A stretch of 64,000 nt of DNA from assembly GCA_950097015.1 (NCBI GenBank), contig CATNEN010000025.1:6882001-6946000 (forward strand), written 5' to 3'. The first letter of the stretch is position 1; each line of letters starts with the position of its first letter. Under the pieces are notes generated by a model, which did not search any database, had not been told where the DNA came from, and saw only the letters and a program-made list of their open reading frames with translations. Below are positions 13,562 through 25,133 of the stretch, one piece after another. A program made the position numbers and the translations under genes. The stretch comes from Macrostomum hystrix. Lineage: Eukaryota > Animalia > Platyhelminthes.

Positions 13562-16500
13562 ATGATTCTCAAGAGCCTTTTTACAGTCCCATTTTTTCTG
13601 CTTGCTCTTCTGGCCTTCTGTAAGTTCTCGATTCAAACCTGAAATTGAAATGTTCTTATTATCTTTTTTAAATCTCTTGTTAAATATTATTGTAGCTTTT
13701 AATTCGATCTTTACATTCTGCTACATTATATATATTCTTTCTGTGGAGTTACAAAAAGCGAAATTTCGTTGTACATAAAATTTTTAATGGCGCATATATT
13801 CAAATTGTCTTTTTATTATTCAAACTATCTATTGCCCTTTTTTGCCAATGAAACATGTGTTACTATAATTAATTAATTTTTTGTAAGTTGGTCAGCTCTT
13901 TCTTTTGCAGTTAAACTAAATTGTAGGCCTGTGTAATTATCACAGATGTATTTTTTAGAACTGATAATAATGAAGTGTAACACTTTTTATGAGCCATAAA
14001 TGTCAGCATGATTTTTAGCATTTTTCTATTGTCAGAAATGTTTTCTGGGGTGGGGAATTACTCTCATAATGGACATCTTCAATACCTACATCATTTACTA
14101 GAATGAACTGACTTAAAAAATGTCAACTTATTAGTATAAATTTCCTCTCTCTATGCCACTGATTGGAGTGAATAATGAAAAAAGATGACGATGCCATTGG
14201 CTATAGGTCCAAAAACAAATTTTCCTAGGTAAGCAGGGTTAATAGATTTCTTTAAGCATGTGGGATTTTATTAGCCTAAACTCACATTGGCTTCAGTGGG
14301 ATACATACTTTTAAGAGTAAAATGAAAGGGTTTGTATATCATTATTTTTGTTGTAATATTGTTTTCTCAAAAGTAATTTAATTATAGCTGGCTTGCTTTT
14401 TTAAAGATCTAGTAAAGAGTTTTCTGGCATATTAGTTTAGTAAAAGTAAAACTTTTATAATCACTTGTAAAGAAAGGTTGAAAAATAACTAGATGACAAG
14501 GCATTAAGTAATAATGCAAGGTACAACTATTCTCATGTTTTCTACCCAAGAGGTGTTGTTACTTCTTGATTATTTTAATAGAGCCTGTAAATATGTGGGT
14601 AATCCAGTGTATTTTCTGTATAATTAAATTAAGACATCAGTATTTTTCATTCTCATTTTTAATTAAAAATCCCTCTCTAAATTTCACAGATGCAGTGCTA
14701 GCCCAGGAGGGTACAGCTGGTGGTGCCAGTCACAATGAAGACCAGCTGGAGGAGGAGGGCAATGTGGAGTCTGAGGGTGCTGAGCGCACCGATAAGGTTC
14801 CAACTGGCAGCGCCGCGGACTCTGCAGCTCCTGGCGATCCAGGAGTTGCATCTGATACGCCTACAACTGAGCAGCAGGTAAGTCTGGGTGTTCCATAGAT
14901 CAGCGTTCATTAATTCGGATTATTGTTATGATTATTGAGCTGTCATTTAGCAACTATTTTAACTGTTCGAATTTATATAGTTTTCACTGAAATTCATGAG
15001 AATTTCAGATTCAGAATTTCAGATATATATAGAAAATAAAGTTACAATTCTTTACCGCATCGAACTGAATTCAATGGCTCGAGATTAGAAGTTCAATGCA
15101 TATTTTAGAGTGAGTATCCAGATCATACACAGCTGCTTGGGGTTTGCTGAATCATGCGCACTGTTAAGGCCTGGCGCGGCCGGGTGAGCGGCCAGACCGC
15201 CCCCACCCACCCCAGAACCCGGCATTGAGGTCTTGCAGCAGTTTTTCCATGTCTTTACTACAGTTCAGCGTGACTTGTCTTTTTGCTTCGCTCGTATTTT
15301 TCGCTTCGTGTCTAAATCGTCTACTTATAATAGTAGAAATACACGCAAATTATCGCCTATAAATTTAAAGGCGAAAAAGTTTGTTGACGAACTGCACGGC
15401 CTATCGGAAGAGGAAATTAAGGAGCGGATTTATAAGCTGTTCCAGGTATTTTGTAATTCAGAATGAAAGCAGAAAAAGACAACACGCATTAAAAACTGGT
15501 GAACTTTTGTGCAGTTGCTGCAATTTGGTGCTGGACGTTTGGCTTCTCACAAAAAGATTTGGGCAGTTTGCAGGGTCCGTTTTTTAATAAACAACGCAGT
15601 CAAAGATTTACAATTTATGACGACTAGCGAGATTGCTAGTCGGACCATGTTTTGCTTTGAACCATTTCCAATCTAATGGTTTATAATGTATTCTAATTGA
15701 ACAATTTCTGCAACCTAAACGGTTAGTGACAGACCTGAAGTTTGTTAGTGACAAACAGACCTGAGGTTTGTTAGTGACAAACAGACCTGAGGTTTGTTAG
15801 TGACAAACAGACCTGAAGTTTGTTAGTGACAAACAGACCTGAGGTTTGTTAGTGACAAACATACCTGAAGTTTGTTAGTGACAAACAGACCTGAAGTTTG
15901 TTAGTGACAAACATACCTGAGGTTTGTTAGTGACAAACATACCTGAGGTTTGTTAGTGACAAACAGACCTGAGGTTTGTTAGTGACAAACAGACCTGAGG
16001 TTTGTTAGTGACAAACAGACCTGAGGTTTGTTAGTGACAAACTGACCTGAAGTTTGTTAGTGACAAACAGACCTGAGGTTTGTTAGTGACAAACTGACCT
16101 GAAGTTTGTTAGTGACAAACAGACCTGAGGTTTGTTAGTGACAAACAGACCTGAAGTTTGTTAGTGACAAACAGACCTGAGGTTTGTTAGTGACAAACTG
16201 ACCTGAAGTTTGTTAGTGACAAACAGACCTGAGGTTTGTTAGTGACAAACAGACCTGAGGTTTGTTAGTGACCAAACAAACAGACCTGAAGTTTGTTAGT
16301 GACAAACAGACCTGAGGTTTGTTAGTGACAAACAGACCTGAGGTTTGTTAGTGACCAAACAGACCTGAGGTTTGTTAGTGACCAAACAAACAGACCTGAA
16401 GTTTGTTAGTGACAAACAGACCTGAGGTTTGTTAGTGACAAACAGACCTGAGGTTTGTTAGTGACCAAACAAACAGACCTGAAGTTTGTTAGTGACAAAC

Positions 16501-18226
16501 AGACCTGAGGTTTGTTAGTGACAAACAGACCTGAAGTTTGTTAGTGACCAAACAAACAGACCTGAAGTTTGTTAGTGACAAACAGACCTGAGGTTTGTTA
16601 GTGACAAACAGACCTGAGGTTTGTTAGTGACAAACATACCTGAGGTTTGTTAGTGACAAACAGACCTGAAGTTTGTTAGTGACAAACAGACCTGAAGTTT
16701 GTTAGTGACCAAACAAACAGACCTGAAGTTTGTTAGTGACAAACTGACCTGAGGTTTGTTAGTGACAAACAGACCTGAGGTTTGTTAGTGACAAACATAC
16801 CTGAGGTTTGTTAGTGACAAACAGACCTGAAGTTTGTTAGTGACAAACAGACCTGAAGTTTGTTAGTGACCAAACAAACAGACCTGAAGTTTGTTAGTGA
16901 CAAACTGACCTGAGGTTTGTTAGTGACAAACAGACCTGAGGTTTGTTAGTGACAAACATACCTGAGGTTTGTTAGTGACCAAACAAACAGACCTGAGGTT
17001 TGTTAGTGACAAACAGACCTGAAGTTTGTTAGTGACAAACAGACCTGAGGTTTGTTAGTGACCAAACAAACAGACCTGAGGTTTGTTAGTGACAAACTGA
17101 CCTGAAGTTTGTTAGTGACAAACAGACCTGAGGTTTGTTAGTGACAAACAGACCTGAGGTTTGTTAGTGACCAAACAGACCTGAGGTTTGTTAGTGACCA
17201 AACAAACAGACCTGAAGTTTGTTAGTGACAAACTGACCTGAGGTTTGTTAGTGACAAACAGACCTGAGGTTTGTTAGTGACAAACAAACAGACCTGAAGT
17301 TTGTTAGTGACAAACAGACCTGAGGTTTGTTAGTGACAAACTGACCTGAGGTTTGTTAGTGACCAAACAGACCTGAGGTTTGTTAGTGACCAAACAGACC
17401 TGAGGTTTGTTAATAGCCAAGCTAACAATGATCATACGTTTCTTTACCACAGGAAGAGATGGCTAAGATGCAGCTAGGCCCATCGGACAAAGTGCAGCTG
17501 TCTCACCTGTTCCTGTACCCATCAGGCGCTGGCCTGGTCGGCCGCTCACTCGACCTCCCCACCGGCAAGACAATCCGCATCGCTCTGCACATGCACAACA
17601 AAGGCGACTCGACATTCCACGTGGATTTGGCCACGGCCGCATTCCGATATCCGATGGACATGAGCTACGTGATTCAGAACTTCACCACCGTTCGCTACCA
17701 CGGCCAGGATGTTGAGCCTGGTCGCGAGGCCAGCTTCCTGTACCAGTTCCACACCGATCCGCAGCTGGCGGCCCGCTCCTTCGGCCTGACAGTTCAGCTT
17801 GGCTACCGCGATGCCGAGGGTAAGAGTTACCTGCACTCGGCCATCAACCAGACTGTTTCTCTGTACGAGCCAGATGAAGGCTTCGACGGTGAGACCTTCT
17901 TCATGTACATCTTCCTGGCTGTGCTGACTGTGCTAGCTGGCGCCGGACTCTGGTACCTGTTGAAGACCTACACTCCGGCTAAGAAATTGGCCTCCAAATC
18001 GCGTCAGGCCGTTAAATCGTCCAGGGCCACCTCGGACTCTGACTCTGCCGCCGCAGCCGCCGCAGCCAACAATAACAATGGCGGCCTATCGCCTGGCGCC
18101 AACTATGATCTAGAGTGGATTCCGCAGCAGCATCTGGACATTAAGAATCGTCGGGCCAAGGCCCAGCAGAGTCCGCGACAGCGCAAGTCGCCAACTAAGC
18201 AGGCCGCTTCAGATGCCAGCGATTAA
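13562..18226 (+). CDS. SSR1: Translocon-associated protein subunit alpha (TRAP-alpha), 3 exons: 13562-13619, 14690-14877, 17453-18226 (about 339 aa)
   Basis: Exon 1 encodes a signal peptide MILKSLFTVPFFLLALLAF followed by a GTAAGT donor. Exon 2 is an acidic linker. Exon 3 has the TRAP-alpha luminal domain (FRYPMDMSYVIQNFT, EASFLYQF), a TM segment after GFDGETFFMYIFL and the tail DLEWIPQQHL. Splice phases 1 and 0 are consistent. Confidence 0.95.
15722..17412. repeat. Intronic minisatellite, 26-bp unit AGACCTGAGGTTTGTTAGTGACAAAC (SSR1 intron 2)
   Basis: Tandem units read directly; occasional CAAA insertions; each unit contains the inverted repeat GTTTGT..ACAAAC. Confidence 0.98.
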
Positions 18227-19484
18227 AACTACAACTTTAATCAATAGCGCAACAATGATGATTGAATCCAAAGACTGGCAAAATCTGGTTAAATAACTTC
18301 TTTAACATTTTATGAAAGCTCCGACATTGTTTCAGTGTTCAGTCAAAATTGTTAACTTCTTTGTCTTTTGCCCACATTTTAACCTTGCTAAATAATGGTT
18401 TGATCCAATTATCTATTTTTTCCGTTTAGTGTAATAGTTTCTTCGTTTTCATTAGATAGACGCGAGTGCCAAAGGCGAGTTTATCCTATGACAATGATGA
18501 CACTATACATAAATTAGTTCAAACACATATATATATATGGCTTAGACGTCTCGCAAAAATAGGAAATTCACTTGACTAGTCTTAGAAAATAGTCTCTAAT
18601 GTTTTGCTTGTCTGCTTGTTTCATTGTTCTCCTGTTTTCTTTTTTTCCGTTATCCATAGCTCAACTTATTATCTAATTCTCCCAGTATCTGCCTGGGTCT
18701 CTCTGTTTGTCTGAGTGTGTTTGGTGCCCTGGTGAAGCCATTAATTCAATTAATACTGTTTGCTTATCATTTGCTTGTTCTCTCCCTAAATTTCTCTATA
18801 GAGTATTCTTTGTACTAGTAAAATTGTCCCATTATTTGTTTTTTTCTGTTTTGGCAATTAAAATCAAGTGCTTTGCAACAATGGGGCAACAATGTGTCCT
18901 ATTCGTTCTGCCCCCCAGAAAAGATTATAGTAGATGGCATTGTTATTAAATATAATTCTGTAAATTGCCTAAGCCTCATAGCTTCATCCGTGCCGTTAAT
19001 AGCTTCTCGATGCTTCATTGCTGATGTCTGAACCGCTGCTGTTTAATAATGCTGATTGTTAATTAACAGCCTATGTCCCGACAAGCCATTTTCACTACAA
19101 GGTATGAAAAATCAAACAGGCTTGCCTCAAATAACAAACTCATGCGCAAATGTGAATTTAGACTAAATGAAACTGTGCTAGAGAAGGTTAGCGCTTAATA
19201 AATAAAACACATGCAACCTGTTAGTTAAATCTAGCCGAATTAACATCTCTTGTGGCTAAACGACTGTTCTATATGCATGATGGAAAAAAATAATGCGCTT
19301 ATAGAATTTCTTTTCTGCTTTTATTCACTTTGCTCTGCTAATAGTTGGCTACATAAAGGATTGAGTTGGTGGGATTGTACTAATCTTTGTTATGAATCAC
19401 TGTTATGAATCAGTGTTTGGCGGATTAAGGTAGATTTTTTGCGGATTAAGGTAGAACTGTGTTGTTTCGTGGATTAGGCTAGAA

Positions 19485-20985
19485 CTGTGTTTGATGGATC
19501 ACTGTGGAATTGTGCTTGATTGATCACTGTTGAATTTTGATGGATCACTGGGATTGTGTTTGGTGGATCAATTCTGGATTTTGTTTGATGGATCACTGTT
19601 GAATTTTGATGGATCACTGGGATTGTGTTTGATGGATCAATGCTGGATTGTGTTTGATGGATCACTGGGATTGTGTTTGATGGATCAATGCTGGATTGTG
19701 TTTGATGGATCAATGCTGGATTGTGTTTGATGGATCAATGCTGGATTGTGTTTGATGGATCAATGCTGGATTGTGTTTGATGGATCAATGCTGGATTGTG
19801 TTTGATGGATCACTGGGATTGTGTTTGATGGATCAATGCTGGATTGTGTTTGATGGATCACTTTGGAATTGTGTTTGATGGATCAATGCTGGATTGTGTT
19901 TGGTGGATCAATTCTGGATTTTGTTTGATGGATCACTGTTGAATTTTGATGGATCACTGGGATTGTGTTTGATGGATCAATGCTGGATTGTGTTTGATGG
20001 ATCACTGTTGGATTGTGTTTGATGGATCACTGTTGGATTGTGTTTGATGGATCAATGCTGGATTGCGTTTGATGGATCACTGTTGGATTGTGTTTGATGG
20101 ATCACTGTCGGATTGTGTTTGATGGATCACTAGGATTGTGTTTCATGGATCACTGTAGGATTGTGTTTGATGGATCACTGTTGGATTGTGTTTGATGGAT
20201 CACTAGGATTGTGTTTGATGGATCACTGTTGGGTTGTGTTTGATGGATCACTAGGATTGTGTTTGATGGATCACTGTTGGATTGTGTTTGATGGATCACT
20301 GTTGGATTGTGTTTGATGGATCACTGTTGGATTGTGTTTGATGGATCACTAGGACTGTGTTTGATGGATCACTGTTGGGTTGTGTTTGATGGATCACTAG
20401 GATTGTGTTTGATGGATCACTGTTGGATTGTGTTTGATGGATCACTGTTGGATTGTGTTTGATGGATCACTGTTGGATTGTGTTTGATGGATCACTGTTG
20501 GATTGTGTTTGATGGATCACTAGGATTGTGTTTCATGGATCACTGTTGGATTGTGTTTGATGGATCACTGTTGAATTTTGATGGATCACTGGGATTGTGT
20601 TTGATGGATCAATGCTGGATTGTTTTTGATGGATCACTGGGATTGTGTTTGATGGATCAATGCTGGATTGTGTTTGATGGATCACTGGGATTGTGTTTGA
20701 TGGATCACTGTTGAATTGTGTTTGATGGATCACTAGGATTGTGTTTGATGGATCACTGTTGGGTTGTGTTTGATGGATCACTAGGATTGTGTTTGATGGA
20801 TCACTGTTGGATTGTGTTTGATGGATCACTGTTGGATTGTGTTTGATGGATCACTGTTGGATTGTGTTTGATGGATCACTAGGATTGTGTTTGATGGATC
20901 ACTGTTGGGTTGTGTTTGATGGATCACTAGGATTGTGTTTGATGGATCAATGCTGGATTGTGTTTGATGGATCACTACAGGTTGA
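19485..20985. repeat. Minisatellite, about 24-25-bp unit TTGTGTTTGATGGATCACTGTTGGA between the SSR1 and ZDHHC 3' ends
   Basis: Tandem units read directly; the ORFs in the track here are repeat translations. Confidence 0.97.
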
Positions 20986-21513
20986 TCCATGGATGGTTTG
21001 TGTAAGATGGGCCCATGTACCGTAACTTCATTACTTTTGCTTACATTTATAACAGTTCTTTGTTGAATAGTAGAATTTCTGCTTATTAAATGCGTCAAAA
21101 ACATAAAATCTTAATACATTAGCAATTTCATGCATATAGATGAGATTTTCTAGTTTTTGCTAAGGCACATCTGTATATATATGTACATATAAATTTATTA
21201 TGTTTTGCCTGTCGTGTCACGCACATTTAAATGGAATATCAATTTCACAATGGAAGCAAGAGAGAAAAGAGGCAATAGTAAAAATATAATTAGTCAGCTG
21301 ACTGGATCAGTACTTTTTGTTGTAAAAGTACAACACAGCTATGGAACAGACAGATTGCATGTATCGTATGTTAGCACTTAAGATTGTATATCGAAAAATC
21401 GCACCTCATTTCTAAGAAAAAAAATGTTTACTTGATTGATTGACATTTACTTGCAAGCAGACAGAATGAATGGAGTAAAAATGTCCATATGCTTAAGTTC
21501 AGCACAATTTTGG

Positions 21514-24500
21514 TCACACGCTAAGCGGAAACGCGGCCTCAGTCAGTTCAGGAATGTGACGAGCCGATCTAAGGTGAAAGAACTCCAACAGGTTGCTAAT
21601 CACTCCGCGACTAAATGGATTGCGTACATCTCCCCTGCCGTCCTGCAGGTAGCTGTAGCGTTCGTAATTGACGCTCTCGTTGCTAGTTAGATTGATAGCC
21701 GCGTGAAACCACTGTAAGTTGATGGCTATTGTCAGTTTTCTAGCATATTTACATACCCTGATAACTAAAGATTCTATTAATAGCAACTATTTCAGATGAC
21801 GTCATTTTCCCGCATTAAAAATAAATCTCGGTTAAGAAGTTTATTTTTTAGTAGCAATTTTAGGTGGCGCCATTTTTCTGTACATAATATAGAACTTGAT
21901 GATTTGTCTATTTTAGCAACACGTCTAGATGACGTATTTTTGACGTATATAGAAAAATATTCGGATGATGAGGTTTCTATTTTTAGCGATATTTATAGTT
22001 GACGTCATGTTTCTATTTTTAGCAAAAACTCCAGATGGCGTGACTTCTTTTATCTTTGCCACCTGACCTGCTAAAAGCTGAAACCGAAACCTGGTTATAA
22101 AAACGACGTTAAGAGATTAGCGCTGTTATACTAATAATTAAAAAGATATGCAGTAAATATTTTCTGCTATATTACTCACCACACAAGTAGTAATAAGCCC
22201 CGCCACAAAGGAACCTAGTAATAACAGTAAGCAGCCAGCGATGATAAAAATGTCAAAGCCAACCAGACGAATGCACTTGTAGGCGAAGAAGAATGCAATA
22301 GCAGCGTTGAACATCATTGAAGTCACCAAAATGGCGAAGTAATGCCTGCGCACAATGAAAGTTTTTGCGGCTAACTATGAGCATTATAGATATTTAACAC
22401 TCGAATCGCAAACAAAGAGCATTACCTATTGCCGGAGCCCACACAGTTTCTAACATAAGGGCAATGATGGTCCATGTCTCGCACGCATCGATCGCACACC
22501 CGGCAATGCTTGGATCGCAATGGTCGCACAGATCTACAGGTGTGACAAAGCCGGTCTAATGGATTATCAAGTCCGCACAGGCCAATGTCTGCAGCTCTGG
22601 AGCCGGCTATTCGCATGAATCTGGCGTATTCTGGCGTCTCCTTAGCCAGATAGCCTGGATTGGCCAGCCAGGTGAGGCAGTAGGCCAGCCACATGACACA
22701 GTTGCCAAGCAGGAAGGCAGTATGGGCGCCAGGGTGCAAGCTGAGAGTTAGCGGCCGGACTCGCAGCAGGTAGACAGGATAGCCGAAGCATATCAGGCAG
22801 GCGAAAAAGAAGGCAGCGGGTCCGCCGCCGCCAGTGTTGCCGGTGCCTGAAAATTTGGAATTTGTCATCGAGCATTGGTAATTATAATCCATGGACTGGG
22901 GGGACGTCAAACCCACCCTCAATTACCCCAGCTGTTACTGGTACCCATTTAACAGCTGGGTGAACTGTAGCATTGCAGAGGTAAGTGTCTTGCTAAAGGA
23001 CAAAAATTTTTAAAGTGGAGTAAGGAATCAAACCTCCGACCACCGAATCGAAGTCCGACGCACTGACCATAAGGCTACAATCTCCCGATAAATAATAATA
23101 ATAATTGCAGGAGGGCTGTGGGCAAAGGGCACATCATTTGGTGACACTAGACCCGCAGTCAGCGAGGAGGCAATTCTGCCCATTTCGCTGACTCCTGAGC
23201 ACACACGCACACAGATACTGTACGCAGGCACACGCTCACACAGGTGTGTACATCTGCCCTGACTTTCTCATCGTCAGGCAGTGTACACTCTCACTTTGCC
23301 TTGGAGGTTGGCCCTCAAAGTTGGCATAAATGGCATGACAAGCCCCCAAGCCTTCTCTCAGCGGCTGCGCGCCCAAATAAATGTGGCGTCGCCGCGGAAT
23401 CGAGCTCACGGACCCAGGCCCAATTCTGCCCGATCAACATTTAACTTTTATATACCCCTTGTTTTGTGTGTGAGATTTATGGGCTACTAAAGTGAATGAT
23501 TTGGGCTACTAATTTTTCCACGAGTCGAGAATCTCGCGACCTTGTATTTAAGCTGTATTTGATTGATGAGATTACGTTTACAATATTATGTTTCGAAAAA
23601 AATCATTTTATTCATACCTATAGCGGTCAACCAGGTGAAGAGATTTCTTTGGTGCTTCGGCCGACGGCCGCCAACGTCGCCGTTGCTGCTAACGCCCATT
23701 AGATGCCGGCGAAGACAGCGTTCGACATCAGTGTGACGGCGAGCCACAGCCAGTTGTAGCGGAGTTCTGCCGCACTTGTCTGGCTGAGGGCCAAATTCAA
23801 GCGAATATATGTCATTAGAGTTTGACACCTTTACTGATAACTAGATCACACCTTTTAACCTCACACCTCATAAGACTGTTGCCCTTACTTTTAATCTGTA
23901 AGGCCACATTCATTTGGGGCGCAGCCGCGGAGTGAAGGCTTGGAGGCTTGACGTGCAATTTACCCCATTGAGGGCCAACCTCCAAGGCACAGCGAGAGTG
24001 TACACTGTCTGACGAAGTGAAAGTCAGCTCAGAGTGTACACACCTGCGTGCGTGTGTACTCAGGAGTCAGCGAAATGGGCAGAAATGCCTCGACGCTGGC
24101 TGCGGGTCTAGTGTCACCAAATGATGTGCCATTGCTCCCAGCCCTCCTGCAATTATTACTATTTTTCCCAGTGATTAGGGGGCTTCGGACTTTTGACTGA
24201 GAAGTCTGGAGTTAGAATATTGTGTCCTTTAGCAAAACACTTTATTCTCCTTCTTCAGATCACTCTGTTGTAACAAAGCGATATCGGAATCAGTTGGCGT
24301 AATAGCTGCGGCTGTACCACTGACTCGTACATCTGGTCTAAGAGGATTAAGAAGAGGCCAGTCCATGGACTGAACAGCTGTACACCGCTAACCTCGTTTG
24401 GATCGGCGCCGTCCAGCTGGCAGAGGTCACGGGCGACATCAGCGCTGCCGGCGGCGCAGGCCAGATGCAGCGGCGCCTGTCCGTGCCGGTCGCGTCGGCG

Positions 24501-25133
24501 CGGATCGCAGCCGGCGCGGATCAACAACCGGACGAGGTCCGGCCGGGCTCTGGAGGCCGCCCAGTGCAGCGCCGTATCGCCGTCGGAGTCCGCGGCATCC
24601 GGAAGGGCGCCGCCACGCGACAGCAGATAGGCGGCCGCAATGGTGCGCGCGTGCTGGCTGGCAAACATCAGCGGCGTGGTGCCCGACGCATCGGCGCAAT
24701 TCACGTCCAAGCCCAAGCTCAGCAGGTAGTCTATGACTGGCACGTGGCCGTTGATGCAGGCCCAGTGGAGCGGTCGCTGGCCGAGTTCTTGGCTGCCCGT
24801 AGCCGGCAGATCGCAGCAGGAGACGCCTCCGCGCTCGGCCAGGCAGCGCAGGACGCTGACGTGGCCAGAGAGGCTCGCCCAGTGGGCGGCGGAGCAGCCG
24901 TTGGCGTCCAGTTCGGACAGAGCCGAGGTTTCGAGGGCTTCGATGAATTCAACGCAGCCGCGCTTCGCCGCCTCGAAAATATTCTCCGGTGGTGGCGGAG
25001 TTTGGCCGGTTTCATCACCGAGAATCTCGCCGCCCGGTTTCTGCTGCTGCTGCCGGCGCTGTAGGCGGCGCTGCTCGCTGCGAGCCAGCCGGTAGACATC
25101 GGCCACAGTGCGTGCCAAGAAGTTCTTTTCCGA
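21514..25133 (-). CDS. ZDHHC17: Ankyrin-repeat DHHC palmitoyltransferase (ZDHHC13/ZDHHC17, HIP14-like). Exons 25133(or 25077)-24393, 23783-23618, 22846-22426, 22345-22180, 21711-21514; tentative ATG exon 26340-26324
   Basis: Multiple ankyrin repeats ([48 protein letters not shown]), TM helices, a cysteine-rich domain [28 protein letters not shown], and C-terminal TSNE and NPFSRG motifs. All internal junctions are GT-AG and phase-consistent. The first exon is tentative. Confidence 0.93.
21790..22050. repeat. Degenerate short tandem repeat (GATGACGT...TTTTTAGC) in the last ZDHHC intron
   Basis: Recurrent GATGACGT and TTTCTATTTTTAGC segments. Confidence 0.6.
22890..23080 (-). mobile_element. 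tRNA-derived CORE-type SINE (family B), 3'-truncated
   Basis: The minus strand shows an A/B-box tRNA-like head followed by GTCCTTTAGCAAGACACTTAC...CAGTTCACCCAGCTGTTAAATGGGTACC, which resembles the MIR/CORE domain. Homologous to 38602-38918 and 41580-41900. Confidence 0.8.
23093..23430 (-). mobile_element. tRNA-derived SINE (family A), head truncated, (ATT)n tail
   Basis: Homologous to 30765-31080, 23915-24162 and 36800-36922; (AAT)n run at 23093-23105. Confidence 0.85.
23915..24162 (+). mobile_element. SINE family A copy (5'-truncated), inverted relative to 23093-23430
   Basis: Same central and 3' domains (GGCTTGGAGGCTTG..GGCCAACCTCCAAGGCAC..GTGTACACTGTCTGACG..GGGTCTAGTGTCACCAAATGATGTGCC..GCAATTATT). 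Confidence 0.85.
24178..24385 (+). mobile_element. Degenerate/rearranged SINE family B (CORE-type) copy
   Basis: Contains GCTTCGGAC, TGTGTCCTTTAGCAAAACACTT, AATAGCTGCGGCTGT and CCAGTCCATGGACTGAACAGC, all shared with the family B copies. Confidence 0.65.

Noticed and set aside
15233-15466. Protein-like ORF in SSR1 intron 2
   Set aside because: Short, no ATG start, not in phase with SSR1 splicing, no recognisable family.
15722-17412. CRISPR-like palindromic repeats
   Set aside because: No unique spacers, eukaryotic intron, no cas genes; the same holds for all other arrays.
23105-23205. HDV-like ribozyme in the SINE A 3' domain: the minus strand has GCC-TCCTCGCT-GRC, matching HDV P3/L3 (also at 24075-24150, 30780-30860, 36815-36900)
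   Set aside because: No upstream P1 partner for the following 7 nt, no G(G) for P1.1, and P2 is not contiguous with P3; one copy disrupts L3. Simple tandem hairpins explain the sequence better. An in vitro cleavage assay would settle it.
23995-24045. Minimal hammerhead ribozyme: stem-CTGACGA-AGT-GAAAG-TCAG-CTC-stem
   Set aside because: Only 3 nt lie between CUGANGA and GAAA, so there is no stem II. Other copies lack the UH site or the CUGANGA core while keeping the plain CTGAC/GTCAG hairpin.
24398-25099. Several long overlapping ORFs on both strands
   Set aside because: Shadow frames of the GC-rich ankyrin exon.
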